Source: a virus (lineage: Duplodnaviria > Caudoviricetes). From it: DNA of 63,714 nucleotides. This document shows positions 1 through 10,095 of the stretch, in pieces. The notes under the pieces were generated by a model that saw nothing but the letters and a program-made list of their open reading frames with translations, was not told where the DNA came from and did no database searches. The stretch is from the IMG/VR virus record IMGVR_UViG_3300025096_000015, positions 1-63,714 of that record; one strand, written 5' to 3'. Both the position numbers and the translations under genes were made by a program. The number at the start of each line of letters is the position of its first letter. The first letter of the stretch is position 1.

Positions 1-2
1 TT

Positions 3-896
3 ATTAACGAGCTTGATATTGATATCATTTCTAGGCCGAATGTTAAAACAATCGAAGTACCATATTTTTCTTGTTCAACCAGGTTGATGGATAGTCCTCC
101 AGTACCTCCAAATGTGAATATTATTCCATATAAAAATGTTAATAATAAAATTAAAATTAATTTAAGTAGTAACACGGGAGAAGTTAAACAAGAGCCAATA
201 ATTATTCAAACTGAAAATGGAGATAAAGAATCTTTAAAAAATGTTTACGAAGCACAAGAATTAGTACAAGGTTCTATTATAGAGTTTCAAAGTGATGATC
301 CACCTCAGACTTTTCAAGTGTTTAGGTTGAATACTGAGCCCACCAGTTATGAAGACTTCAAAGATACCATGAGGGAATATGATGTGACAGGATTTTCTTC
401 TTTTTCTTTAGATGATCGTTTGGTACCCAATACAAAATATTATTATACTTTTAGAGTTAAAGATATACATGGCCATGTCTCTAACCCTAGTGAAGTTTAT
501 AAAGTAGAACTTATTGATAATTCTGGTGCAGTTTATTTATTAGTTGATATTTTTGAATTCAAACCAAAAGTTCTTAAAAATAAAAAATCTATGAAAAGAT
601 ATCTTTCAATCATTCCTAAAGCAGAGCAAAGATTTATTAATGAAGAAAAAACACAAATAGAATTTGACGATACCAATATTGGTAAAACAGCAGTTGGCCT
701 AGAACCGGTGCTTGGGCAGGCTGAAGAAACTATTTTCAATCGTGGTCCAGAAAAATATTTTAAAATTAGACTTATTTCAAAAAAGACTGGTAGAAAACTA
801 GATATTAATGTCGCTTTTGAAACTAAGCATATGAATAAGGAAGTAAAAAAGAAAGAAGATATTAAGGATTCTGATTCTGGAACGACGGCTTATTAA
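3..896 (+). CDS. 5'-truncated virion structural protein with a fibronectin type III-like segment
   Basis: Frame is open from position 3 (upstream of the 84 start given by the track). LVPNTKYYYTFRVKD...SNPS resembles the Fn3 L-x-P-x-T-x-Y motif. Next to structural genes. Confidence 0.5.
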   Translation: MNELDIDIISRPNVKTIEVPYFSCSTRLMDSPPVPPNVNIIPYKNVNNKIKINLSSNTGEVKQEPIIIQTENGDKESLKNVYEAQELVQGSIIEFQSDDPPQTFQVFRLNTEPTSYEDFKDTMREYDVTGFSSFSLDDRLVPNTKYYYTFRVKDIHGHVSNPSEVYKVELIDNSGAVYLLVDIFEFKPKVLKNKKSMKRYLSIIPKAEQRFINEEKTQIEFDDTNIGKTAVGLEPVLGQAEETIFNRGPEKYFKIRLISKKTGRKLDINVAFETKHMNKEVKKKEDIKDSDSGTTAY

Positions 897-932
897 AGGG
901 ATATTTAAAATTAACTTTTTTATAAAAAAAGA

Positions 933-941
933 ACTACTTAT
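933..941 (+). promoter_or_regulatory. Candidate late promoter motif ACTACTTAT
   Basis: Intergenic copy of the recurrent ACTAHTTA motif, followed by an AGGAG RBS and ATG 963. Confidence 0.6.
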
Positions 942-962
942 AGTATAAAAAGGAGTGAATCT

Positions 963-2003
963 ATGGCTTTTCTTGACAATAGCGGCGACATTATTCTTGA
1001 TGCCGTATTAACCGACACAGGAAGGATGAGGCTTGCAAAAGGAGACGGCACTTTTAAAATTACAAAATTTGCCTTGGGTGATGATGAAATTAATTATAAT
1101 AATTATAACAGCAATCATGCATCAGGAAGCGCTTATTATGACTTGACTGTTTTGCAAACTCCTGTTTTAGAAGCTTTTACAAATAACACATCTTTGATGA
1201 AAAGTAAACTGCTTTCAATTCCAAGAACGAATCTTTTATATCTTCCAGTCCTGCTCTTAAACCAATCAAATACCAGACGCAGACTAAATAACACTTATGG
1301 TAAAAAAGATGGCACACACTATGTTGTAACCGTTGATGAAAGAACATCAAGGACAACATTAAGCAATACTGACAATCCTCAACCAGGCCTCATTCCTGCA
1401 GACGTGGACAACGATCCAGATGGCGTTATGAACGGTTTTGAACCGGGTGTTAATGAAGAAGTATATATTCGTATTGATCAAGGGCTGAACACTGATGAAA
1501 TTCACCCAAAACATAGATTATCGAGTGACTTGATTGAGACCCAATATATAATTGAGATGGACAATAGATTGGGAACGATTGTTACAGCAGGAGATATATC
1601 CGCGATGCCCGGGCAACCAGGCACACCAGCTGCAGTTTCTTTCATAGATGACGACAACATTGCTAGTTATTTTCTGTCATTAGGAACTGACCCGGGTTTT
1701 GTTAAAGATATTACTGGTTGGACTGCGCCCACGACAACAAGTCTTGAGAACAGTCAGTTAAAAGGTCCGCGCGGCACTACTTTGAGATTTAAAGTTGCTG
1801 CATCAACAGAGCTACAAACAAGCAATTTCTTATTTCAAAGATTGGGCACAACCAGCTTTACGACCTGGGCATTGCCTACTACCAGCAATGGCGGAGCTGG
1901 CAACGCAACAGTACATTATATTGATTCAACAATTAGAATTACAGGCGCCACAACTGGATATAGAATAGATATTCCAGTCAGGTTTGCCAAACGAGTAGAT
2001 TAA
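963..2003 (+). CDS. Virion structural protein (baseplate/tail associated)
   Basis: Strong RBS, preceded by the late motif. T/G/S-rich, beta-type composition. N-terminal DAVLTDTGR..ITKFALGDDE resembles tail-fibre/baseplate attachment N-termini. Confidence 0.55.
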   Translation: MAFLDNSGDIILDAVLTDTGRMRLAKGDGTFKITKFALGDDEINYNNYNSNHASGSAYYDLTVLQTPVLEAFTNNTSLMKSKLLSIPRTNLLYLPVLLLNQSNTRRRLNNTYGKKDGTHYVVTVDERTSRTTLSNTDNPQPGLIPADVDNDPDGVMNGFEPGVNEEVYIRIDQGLNTDEIHPKHRLSSDLIETQYIIEMDNRLGTIVTAGDISAMPGQPGTPAAVSFIDDDNIASYFLSLGTDPGFVKDITGWTAPTTTSLENSQLKGPRGTTLRFKVAASTELQTSNFLFQRLGTTSFTTWALPTTSNGGAGNATVHYIDSTIRITGATTGYRIDIPVRFAKRVD

Positions 2004-2014
2004 AGGTAAAAAAC

Positions 2015-3208
2015 ATGGCTACAACATTTAAAACTTACGCGAATAACGATATTACAACAACTAGAACATTGCTTCACGAAGCAATTCCCATCACGGGAAC
2101 GATTGTTTCTGGTACATATGGGGCTAGTACTATTGAACTTGGGTCCGAAAACAATATTAAAAACTATTCTCATGGAATGTTTCAATCTGTTTATGATTAT
2201 CCATATCTAAGTTCATCTGCAAATCATATTTTTGATATTACTTGTGGATATCATTCTAGTTCAAGATGGCATATGAATCGTACTCACGACGGCCACCCTT
2301 ATGGCGATGGCTCAGCCAATTATCAAAATAGTGACAAATTAAATCTCTATAACCAAATGGCTCAAATTCTTATGGGTCACAATACTGATGGGACAATTAA
2401 GAAATTTAAAATTCCTGGCGGGCAAGATATTCTTCAAGCTTATTTTTTCAGCTTCTCTCGTTTGTTAGTGAAAGACGAAATCAAAAAAGGCTCCTTTAAT
2501 CTTTACATGGGCACTGGTTCTGTTGCCTCGCCGGGTTCGGCTGATGGATTTGTGTGGGAAGAAATCACCAGAATTCACGACGACCAGAGTACCGGATCAT
2601 ATTATACTGATTCTCCAGCTGGAGAATATGGTGTTGTATCAGCGTCTATAATTGCTGGCGTTACAAGCCCAGATCTGCGTCACCACACTGGTCCAGGTGT
2701 AGGCGGCTCCGGTGTCTCCGGTTTGCTGTTTTATCAAGCAGGCATACTTGTTCTTTCTGCTTCTGATGGCTTTCTTAATGAAATTACGGCTTCACGAGCA
2801 GACTATCCAGCACCGCTTCCCATCCAAAAAGATGGCGCCGATGGTGTCGCCAGAGGAGGAATCGCTACCTTTGGAGCGGTATTAACAGGCTCCGCAATTT
2901 CAGCCTCTGCTGATGCATTTAGAAACAGAATCCAAAGCATTTCTTTTAACAACACGACAGAGTTAAATTCAACAATTTATTTCTGTAGAGCAAATCATAA
3001 TGAATTTAACTATAGCGCAAACCCAACTTATTTGAGCGCTAGTAAAATTCAAGTTAAAAATACTTCATTAGATCAGCCTGTGTCATATATTACTACAGTT
3101 GGACTATATTCTGCTGATAATGAATTGTTAGCAGTTGCCAAGCTCTCTGAGCCTCTGAAAAAAACGCCCGATACAGAGCTGACAATGAGGGTGCGTCTGG
3201 ATTATTAA
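2015..3208 (+). CDS. Virion structural protein (baseplate wedge / tail-collar-like)
   Basis: C-terminal YITTVGLY..NELLAVAKLSEP.KK....RLDY is shared with the next gene and resembles tail-collar/baseplate domains. Confidence 0.55.
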   Translation: MATTFKTYANNDITTTRTLLHEAIPITGTIVSGTYGASTIELGSENNIKNYSHGMFQSVYDYPYLSSSANHIFDITCGYHSSSRWHMNRTHDGHPYGDGSANYQNSDKLNLYNQMAQILMGHNTDGTIKKFKIPGGQDILQAYFFSFSRLLVKDEIKKGSFNLYMGTGSVASPGSADGFVWEEITRIHDDQSTGSYYTDSPAGEYGVVSASIIAGVTSPDLRHHTGPGVGGSGVSGLLFYQAGILVLSASDGFLNEITASRADYPAPLPIQKDGADGVARGGIATFGAVLTGSAISASADAFRNRIQSISFNNTTELNSTIYFCRANHNEFNYSANPTYLSASKIQVKNTSLDQPVSYITTVGLYSADNELLAVAKLSEPLKKTPDTELTMRVRLDY

Positions 3209-3211
3209 AAA

Positions 3212-4411
3212 ATGCCATACTATAAGTTTGGACCAACTGATATATTTCATAATAGAATAAAAACTCATCCCAAAAATGAATTTGTTATCTACGATGGTCA
3301 AGTATATTATAACAGTAATCCAAGATTTGCAAGAATAAATACAGATGGCACAGATGATCTTTTAAATCATGTTCCATATGGATATGTTAGTTTGTATGAA
3401 TTAAATGTTGATAGGGCAAGTGGTGAATTAATATACCCCTTTATAACTAAGCAAGGAAGTTTAACATCGTTTAAGACAGTTGCAACTAGTCAATTTAACA
3501 CTGACTTTGCATATGGAGATCAAATGAGCAGTACTTATCCTTTGTCTGCTTCTATATCGTTTTCACATTCTGCTTTAGATAATCCAAGAGACTATATTAA
3601 CGCTCTTCAAAATACTTTAGATTATTATAAAATAAACAGCCCTCATTATGCATATTCTTCTTCCGCCATCCCGGGATGTGAAAAAAACTCACAAAAATTA
3701 AGCTTAATAAGTATTCCTTCTATTTTTTATGGCTCCTCCATAAGGAAAGGTTCTGTTCGCTTAAAATATTATGTATCTGGAACCTTATTAGCAGAACTAC
3801 ATGACATAGGTAAAAATGGAGAATTAATTGAAGTTACCAGTTCGGTTCATGTTACCGGAAATGTAGCTGGAGTCGTATTGTATAACGAAGGGTTTCTTAT
3901 TTTGACAGGAACTTGGGATTTGCACGAAGGCGCTTTCGTTGATAAATACCACAAAGGAGATACTGCGGCTGGCAATCAAAACCCGGCATGGATTTTCTTC
4001 GCTAATGGTGCGAATGATACTACATATGTTACTGGTGATGCATACTCTTCCAGTTATTCAATGGAATTTGAGGGAGTCAATTATGTCCCAACATTAACAA
4101 TGTTGGCGCATGCTCCAAAGGGGTTGTTAAATCATTCTAACAATCCAACATATAGAAAATCTGGCTCAGGTGGTGAAACTGCCGTCATCACAGCTAGCAT
4201 AACAAAGTATTCCGAAGATGATAAGATGTCAATCAAAAATATAGTTACCAGCTCTCATGATCATAGCGCAAGTTTTAAAAAACAAACTTATATTTCTCAA
4301 ATTGGTCTCTATGACGATGATAAAAATCTTATAGGAATAGCAAAGTTGGCAACACCAGTTAAAAAGACTGAAGATCGAGACTTTACCTTTAAACTTAAGT
4401 TAGATTTCTAG
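3212..4411 (+). CDS. Virion structural protein, paralog of 2015..3208
   Basis: Shares I(K/R)KGS, (Y/H)SxNPTY and YI..(V/I)GLY.....L...AKL..P.KK....LD(Y/F) with the upstream gene. Confidence 0.55.
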   Translation: MPYYKFGPTDIFHNRIKTHPKNEFVIYDGQVYYNSNPRFARINTDGTDDLLNHVPYGYVSLYELNVDRASGELIYPFITKQGSLTSFKTVATSQFNTDFAYGDQMSSTYPLSASISFSHSALDNPRDYINALQNTLDYYKINSPHYAYSSSAIPGCEKNSQKLSLISIPSIFYGSSIRKGSVRLKYYVSGTLLAELHDIGKNGELIEVTSSVHVTGNVAGVVLYNEGFLILTGTWDLHEGAFVDKYHKGDTAAGNQNPAWIFFANGANDTTYVTGDAYSSSYSMEFEGVNYVPTLTMLAHAPKGLLNHSNNPTYRKSGSGGETAVITASITKYSEDDKMSIKNIVTSSHDHSASFKKQTYISQIGLYDDDKNLIGIAKLATPVKKTEDRDFTFKLKLDF

Positions 4412-4417
4412 TATAAT
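4389..4417 (+). promoter_or_regulatory. Sigma70-type promoter
   Basis: TTAAAC-17nt-TATAAT just before GTG 4424. Confidence 0.5.
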
Positions 4418-4423
4418 ATAATA

Positions 4424-4963
4424 GTGATTTTGGGACTCGACATATCTACATCAATAACTGGTGCGACCATTATCGATGATATTGGCCAGGTACTGTACTG
4501 CGAAGCTTGGGATACGAGAAATAAAAATCACTTTCCAGACTTATGGAGTAAGGCAAATCTTGTAAAAGGTCGATTATTGGATTTAAGAGGAATGTTTGCT
4601 ATCAAGCATATCTTTATCGAACAATCTTTACAAGCATTTAGACCCGGATTTTCTTCAGCAAAAACTTTATTGACATTGGCAAGCTTTAATGGTATAGTAT
4701 CATATATATGTCAGGATGAGTTGGGGATTAAACCAGAATATATTGGCGCCTCAACTGCTAGAAAATTAAATGGAATTAAAGTTCCTCGCGGAGAAAAAGC
4801 AAAAAAAGTTGTTCTTCAATATATTCTTGACAATGAGCCAGATTTTGTGGTAGAATATACAAAGCAAGAAAATCCAAAGCCCGGCTCTTATGATCGGGCA
4901 GACAGTTTAATTATTGCGAAAGCAGGTTATAATTTATGGAAGGAGAAAAACTCCAACTATTAA
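4424..4963 (+). CDS. ruvC: RuvC-like Holliday junction resolvase
   Basis: ILGLDISTSITG (first catalytic Asp), IFIEQ (Glu), DRADS (Asp pair). Confidence 0.8.
   Translation: MILGLDISTSITGATIIDDIGQVLYCEAWDTRNKNHFPDLWSKANLVKGRLLDLRGMFAIKHIFIEQSLQAFRPGFSSAKTLLTLASFNGIVSYICQDELGIKPEYIGASTARKLNGIKVPRGEKAKKVVLQYILDNEPDFVVEYTKQENPKPGSYDRADSLIIAKAGYNLWKEKNSNY
4827..4856 (+). promoter_or_regulatory. Sigma70-type promoter inside ruvC, upstream of primase
   Basis: TTGACA-18nt-TAGAAT with TG extension. Confidence 0.45.
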
Positions 4964-5877
4964 AAAGTATTTTTGGAAAGTTTCATCATTCTAATGATGA
5001 GCATTTATTTTATTGTCCAAAATGCAAACATCACAAACGCAAGTTTTCTATAAATTTAGATAAGAACGTTTATAAATGTTGGATTTGTGATTACTATGGC
5101 CGATCTATTCGTCGACTCATAAGAAAATATGGCGACTTCCGGGCTCTGCAAAAGTGGGATAAATTAAATGGACGAGAAGATGTAACAAAATTTGACGACA
5201 TATTCTCAGATAATATTGAAATTGAGCAAATACAAAGACTTGATTTGCCACAAGAATTTATATCTCTCGCAAACAAAGAACTTCCATTAACCACAGAGCC
5301 AGCTTTAAATTATTTAGAAAACAGGGGAATAATAAAAGGGGATATTATTCGATGGAAAATCGGTTGTTGTATGAATGGGAAATATAATAATAGAATAATT
5401 ATTCCTTCTTTTGATGAAGAAGGTTATGTGAATTATTTTGTTGCGAGAACGTTTAATGGGGCTTGGAAAAAATACTTAAATCCTCAAGCGTCAAAGGATA
5501 TAATATTTAATGAATTATATTTGGACTTTGATGAAGAGCTTATAATCGTTGAGGGTATCTTTGATGCAATAATTGCCGGCCCAAATGCTGTTCCAATTCT
5601 TGGTTCTACTTTGCGCGAGAATTCAAAGTTATTTCAGATGATTGTGAAAAACGATACACCGACTTATATTGGTTTAGATATTGATGCCGAGAATAAATCA
5701 AAGAAGATAATAAAGGACTTATTAAATTATGGGATCGAGGTCTATAAAATAGATACATCTGGTTATGATGATATTGGTTCAATGACAAAAGAAGAATTTT
5801 CTAAACGTAAAAATGAAGCGTCATTATACGATTCTAATGACTATTTATTATACGAAGCGATAGGAGAAATAAAATAA
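4936..5877 (+). CDS. DNA primase (Zn-finger + TOPRIM)
   Basis: CPKC...CWIC zinc finger, YLENRGI, RIIIP, KYLNP, IVEGIFDA and LDIDA TOPRIM motifs. Confidence 0.9.
   Translation: MEGEKLQLLKSIFGKFHHSNDEHLFYCPKCKHHKRKFSINLDKNVYKCWICDYYGRSIRRLIRKYGDFRALQKWDKLNGREDVTKFDDIFSDNIEIEQIQRLDLPQEFISLANKELPLTTEPALNYLENRGIIKGDIIRWKIGCCMNGKYNNRIIIPSFDEEGYVNYFVARTFNGAWKKYLNPQASKDIIFNELYLDFDEELIIVEGIFDAIIAGPNAVPILGSTLRENSKLFQMIVKNDTPTYIGLDIDAENKSKKIIKDLLNYGIEVYKIDTSGYDDIGSMTKEEFSKRKNEASLYDSNDYLLYEAIGEIK
5840..5848 (+). promoter_or_regulatory. Candidate late promoter motif ACTATTTAT
   Basis: In the 3' end of primase, ahead of AGGAG (5862) and a three-gene small-ORF cassette. Confidence 0.5.
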
Positions 5878-6014
5878 TGCTAGGTTTACTTCACAGATTA
5901 AAAAACCTTTTAAACCCAAATCATTACTGTTGTTGTTGCGGATGTTGCGAATGTCCCGGCTGCAGAGGTAGGTGTCACGCCAGATCCCGCAGAGGGAGAC
6001 CCAAAAAGAAATGA
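5877..6014 (+). CDS. 45-aa Cys-rich microprotein with a basic RGRP tail (missing from ORF track)
   Basis: MLGLLHRLKNLLNPNHYCCCCGCCECPGCRGRCHARSRRGRPKKK. TAATG overlap with the primase stop, AGGAG RBS, and ATGA overlap with the next gene. Confidence 0.7.
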   Translation: MLGLLHRLKNLLNPNHYCCCCGCCECPGCRGRCHARSRRGRPKKK

Positions 6015-6205
6015 AATTAAACACAACAGATAATTTAAGTGAAGGCGATAGAAGAGCGATTGTAGATCATTTTGCAAAAGAAGTTGTTAACATAACTCTT
6101 AAAAATACAAATGGCGATTATAGCTTGGCAAAGAGCATCTTTTTTAAAGCCGCTTCTCATATCCAGAAACAAATAAAAGAGATGGAAAATGAAGATCTCG
6201 ATTGA
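6011..6205 (+). CDS. Hypothetical protein
   Basis: ATG 6011 overlaps the stop of the Cys-rich ORF, so it is a better start than GTG 5972. Confidence 0.6.
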   Translation: MKLNTTDNLSEGDRRAIVDHFAKEVVNITLKNTNGDYSLAKSIFFKAASHIQKQIKEMENEDLD

Positions 6206-6431
6206 AAGATTAAAACAAATCATTAAAGAAGAGCTAGCATCTGAAGACCATCAAGAATACCAACGAATGGGTGCAGAGAATGAGGCAACGGAACTTCTCC
6301 AGATTTATAATGATTTTCTCGATACGATTCGAGAAGATGTTACATGGCATAGTATGGTAACGGACCTTGACGAGAAAATTAGATACAAAATACAAGAAAT
6401 TGAAGAAAAGTTGAACGAGCCGACAAAATAA
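6189..6431 (+). CDS. Small acidic protein with MKISIERLKQIIKEEL leader (putative internal head protein)
   Basis: N-terminus nearly identical to that of 58225..58581. Confidence 0.65.
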   Translation: MKISIERLKQIIKEELASEDHQEYQRMGAENEATELLQIYNDFLDTIREDVTWHSMVTDLDEKIRYKIQEIEEKLNEPTK

Positions 6432-6434
6432 TTC

Positions 6435-6463
6435 TTGACAAGTAAAATACTTTGTGTTATAGT
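6435..6463 (+). promoter_or_regulatory. Sigma70-type promoter
   Basis: TTGACA-17nt-TATAGT with TG extension, intergenic, then AGGAG and ATG 6490. Confidence 0.8.
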
Positions 6464-6489
6464 AACAAGAGAGGCAAAATAGGAGACCA

Positions 6490-9400
6490 ATGAAGTTCGC
6501 CCATCTTGCGGATACGCATATTCGCAACTTAAAATACCACTATGAATATCGTGCGATATTCGATCAAATATATGATAAACTACGAGAAGAGAAAGTTGAT
6601 TGTATTGTTCACTGCGGGGATCTAGCCCACACAAAGACTCAATTGAGTCCTGAATACTTTGAGATGGCATCAAACTTTCTCAAGAATTTAGCGGACATTG
6701 CACCCACTTATATCATACCAGGAAACCACGATGGGAACCTTAGAAACTCCAGTAGGCAGGATGCTATTACTCCAATCGTTGAGGCGCTAGAACACCCAAA
6801 TCTGTGCCTCCTGAAGGATTCTGGTGAGGTACAGTTGAGCAACGAGTTCACTTTAAATGTGCTTTCAGTTTTCGATGAAGACAATTGGGCTGCCCCGAGT
6901 GAAGAAAACAAAATTAATATCGCTCTTTATCATGGTTCTATTTCTGGAGTAAAGACAGATCTTGGTTGGACTATGGAACATGGTGAAAACGATGTATCAA
7001 TTTTTGATGAGTTTGATTTTGCCTTTCTTGGAGACATTCACAAGACAAATCAGATATTAGATCATGATGGAACAATTCGTTATCCTGGATCAACAATACA
7101 ACAAAATCATGGAGAGTCTAATGACAAAGGCCTGTTGATCTGGGACATTCGAGATCGTGATGATTTTGATGTTAAGCATGCTTCATTTGTAAATCCAAAA
7201 CCTTTTATCACAGTCAATCTTACTCCTAAAGGAAGAATTCCTAATAAAATAAATATTCCAGAAGGCGCACGTCTCCGTCTGGTTTCTAACAATAATCTTT
7301 CATTAGATGTGTTAAAGAAATCTGTTGACGTCGCAAAAGCTAGATTTAAGCCAGAAAGTGTGACTTTTTTAAATAGAGCTTCTGGAGATAGAACAGATAT
7401 CTCCGATTCAATTAATAATATATTTCAAGAAAACTTACGAGATTCAGCAGTCCAAAAGCGTCTTATTAAAGATTACTTGAAAGACTATGATCCTACAGAT
7501 GATATAATAGAAAACGTACTGGAACTTAATAAAAAATATAGTTCTGTTGTTGAAGAAGATGAAGAAGTAGCAAGAAACATCAATTGGAAACTCAAGAGTG
7601 TTGAATGGGATAATCTATTCAATTATGGTGAAAAGAATAAAATTAATTTTGAAAATTTAAATGGTGTTGTTGGTATCTTTGGAAAGAATTTTTCAGGCAA
7701 GTCAAGCATTATCGACAGCTTGTTATATACAGTTTACAATTCTACTTCAAAAAACAATCGTAAGAATCTTCATTTGATTAATCAAACAAAAGACGATTGC
7801 AGAGGGAAAGCAGAGATCGTTATTGGTCACAATGTTTATGAGATAGAAAGAACGTCAGAAAAATATGAAAAGAAACTTCATGGCAACACGACAATTGAAG
7901 CGAAAACAGATATTGAATTCTCTAGACATGATAAGGTTGTTGGAGAGAACATAAGTTTAAATGGCTTGTCTAGAAATGACACAGATAAAAACATAAGAAA
8001 GATGTTTGGAACAATTGATGATTTTCTTTTTACATCAATGGCTTCGCAGCTTGGTTCTCTTATGTTTATTAGTGAAGGGTCTACAAGAAGAAAAGAGATC
8101 CTTGCTAAATTCCTTGATTTGGAAATGTTTGAGCGCAAGTTTAAACTAGCGAAAGATGACGCTGCAGATCTGCGAGGAATGCTTAAAAGATTAGAAGGTA
8201 CAGAATTTGATGAGCAAATCGAAGAAGTCAATGAAAAGCTTGCTGGCGTTGAGAGCGAAATTAAGAAACAGGAAATTTCTTGCGAAGAGATAACAGAAAA
8301 AATGGATGTGTTTCAATCACAGGTTGATGATATCAATGAAAGGATAAATATTATTCCAGTTGAAATAATCAACATAGAAGAGATAGAAAGAAATTTAGAA
8401 AACAATAAGAAGGAAAAAGATCTATTAACTGGAAGAAACAAAAAGTTTTCTGACAATATTAAAAACAATAATGAGCTTTTAAATAAGATTCAGATTTTCT
8501 TAAATGAAGATTTTGACATCGAAGAGATTGAAAATAATAAATCAATTGTTGTTGAAAAGCAAAATCAATTAAATTTAATTTGCAACGATATTAAAGTTCA
8601 TGAAACTAAACTCAAAATTAAAGAAGGAAAGGCTGCTCTTTTGGGAGAGGTCCCATGTGGAGAAGAGTTTTCACATTGTAAATTTATCAAAGATGCTTAT
8701 GGCGCATTAAAACAGCTTGATGAAGTTAAAAAAGAAATCGATAACTTGAGAACTTCAGAAGTAAAAACATCTAATGAAATTAATGATCTGGATCCAAACA
8801 AGATTGAAGAGCATATTGAGAAACACAATAAGCTTCTTGAGAAGAAGAGTGAATTAAATTCTGAAAACTCTTCATACGAACTTGAGATCCAAAAAAACAA
8901 AACAAAAATTGTTGGATATAAGAAAGAAGCTGAACAACTAAATGAAAAAGTAGTAGAATATAATAAGAACAAGTTAGCAATTGAAAATCTAGAAGCATTA
9001 AACTTTGAGAAAGATAATTTTTTGAGAGCTATAGTAAAAGAAAAAGAAAATTTTTCAATATGTCAAAATCGTCTTATTGAACTTTCAAAAGAGCACGGCT
9101 CTATCGAACAAATGCTTAAAAATCTTGAAGATGACAAACAGGAACTTCACTCGCTCCGCGAAGAATTTGCTGCTTATGATTTGTTTATGAGATGCATGCA
9201 TTCGAATGGCATCGCTTATGATATTATCAAAAAGAGACTTCCGATCATTAATATAGAAGTAGCAAAGATCTTAGCAAACATTGTGGACTTTGAAATCTTC
9301 TTCGAAGCGGAAGACAAGAAACTTGAAATCTTTATCAAACATCCAAGATTTGATGCGAGACCAATTGAATTAGGTTCTGGCTCAGAAAAGACAATTGCTG

Positions 9401-9645
9401 CGATGGCAATACGATTGGCATTGTTAAATGTGTCAAGTTTGCCAAAGCCAGATCTATTTATATTAGATGAGCCAGCAACGGCTTTGGATGAAGAAAATAT
9501 GGAAGGGTTTATTAGAATCTTAGATATGGTTAAATCATATTTTAAAACTGTTCTTCTCATTTCCCATTTGGACACTCTAAAAGATTGTGCAGACATGACA
9601 ATTGAGATTGAGAAGAAAGGTAACTTTGCTTATGTTAATTATTAA
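6490..9645 (+). CDS. sbcCD: Fused SbcD(Mre11)-SbcC(Rad50) nuclease/ATPase
   Basis: Phosphoesterase motifs DTH, GD, GNHD, GDIH. Walker A GKNFSGKS, long coiled coil, signature GSGSE, Walker B FILDEP, H-loop ISH. Confidence 0.9.
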   Translation: MKFAHLADTHIRNLKYHYEYRAIFDQIYDKLREEKVDCIVHCGDLAHTKTQLSPEYFEMASNFLKNLADIAPTYIIPGNHDGNLRNSSRQDAITPIVEALEHPNLCLLKDSGEVQLSNEFTLNVLSVFDEDNWAAPSEENKINIALYHGSISGVKTDLGWTMEHGENDVSIFDEFDFAFLGDIHKTNQILDHDGTIRYPGSTIQQNHGESNDKGLLIWDIRDRDDFDVKHASFVNPKPFITVNLTPKGRIPNKINIPEGARLRLVSNNNLSLDVLKKSVDVAKARFKPESVTFLNRASGDRTDISDSINNIFQENLRDSAVQKRLIKDYLKDYDPTDDIIENVLELNKKYSSVVEEDEEVARNINWKLKSVEWDNLFNYGEKNKINFENLNGVVGIFGKNFSGKSSIIDSLLYTVYNSTSKNNRKNLHLINQTKDDCRGKAEIVIGHNVYEIERTSEKYEKKLHGNTTIEAKTDIEFSRHDKVVGENISLNGLSRNDTDKNIRKMFGTIDDFLFTSMASQLGSLMFISEGSTRRKEILAKFLDLEMFERKFKLAKDDAADLRGMLKRLEGTEFDEQIEEVNEKLAGVESEIKKQEISCEEITEKMDVFQSQVDDINERINIIPVEIINIEEIERNLENNKKEKDLLTGRNKKFSDNIKNNNELLNKIQIFLNEDFDIEEIENNKSIVVEKQNQLNLICNDIKVHETKLKIKEGKAALLGEVPCGEEFSHCKFIKDAYGALKQLDEVKKEIDNLRTSEVKTSNEINDLDPNKIEEHIEKHNKLLEKKSELNSENSSYELEIQKNKTKIVGYKKEAEQLNEKVVEYNKNKLAIENLEALNFEKDNFLRAIVKEKENFSICQNRLIELSKEHGSIEQMLKNLEDDKQELHSLREEFAAYDLFMRCMHSNGIAYDIIKKRLPIINIEVAKILANIVDFEIFFEAEDKKLEIFIKHPRFDARPIELGSGSEKTIAAMAIRLALLNVSSLPKPDLFILDEPATALDEENMEGFIRILDMVKSYFKTVLLISHLDTLKDCADMTIEIEKKGNFAYVNY

Positions 9646-9659
9646 GGAGGAAATATATA

Positions 9660-9860
9660 ATGCAAACAGCTGAAAAAATTGCCACTAACGGGTTAGAAGA
9701 ACTTTTGAGAAAAGTTGCTAAACTAGAAAGGGTTGCCGAGTTGGCAGCTCAGCTTAGAGAAACGTATGGTGATAAGTTTTCTTCATATAACGAAAAACAA
9801 TATGTTCTTGAGAAGCTTGATGAGAGCTTACAAGAATATGAGTTGTTTTTAAATAATTAA
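9660..9860 (+). CDS. Hypothetical protein
   Basis: AGGAGG RBS, fills the gap between genes. Confidence 0.6.
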   Translation: MQTAEKIATNGLEELLRKVAKLERVAELAAQLRETYGDKFSSYNEKQYVLEKLDESLQEYELFLNN

Positions 9861-9894
9861 GACTAGATAATATAATATTAAAAGGAGAAATATT

Positions 9895-10095
9895 ATGGCT
9901 AAAATGAAAGCTTTTATGGACAAGCATGTCGAGAGATTTATAAGTAGGAAATTTTTGGCGTGGATGACAGCAACCGGACTGGCTATTCACGGCTCAGTAA
10001 CCAGTGATAACTGGGTTGCTGTTACTCTAGCTTATATCGGGACCCAAGCGTTAGTTGATATGGCAACAGCTTGGAAACATGGATTTAAAGAGTAA
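9895..10095 (+). CDS. Small membrane protein, holin-like
   Basis: SRKFL followed by two hydrophobic segments. AGGAG RBS. Confidence 0.55.
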   Translation: MAKMKAFMDKHVERFISRKFLAWMTATGLAIHGSVTSDNWVAVTLAYIGTQALVDMATAWKHGFKE

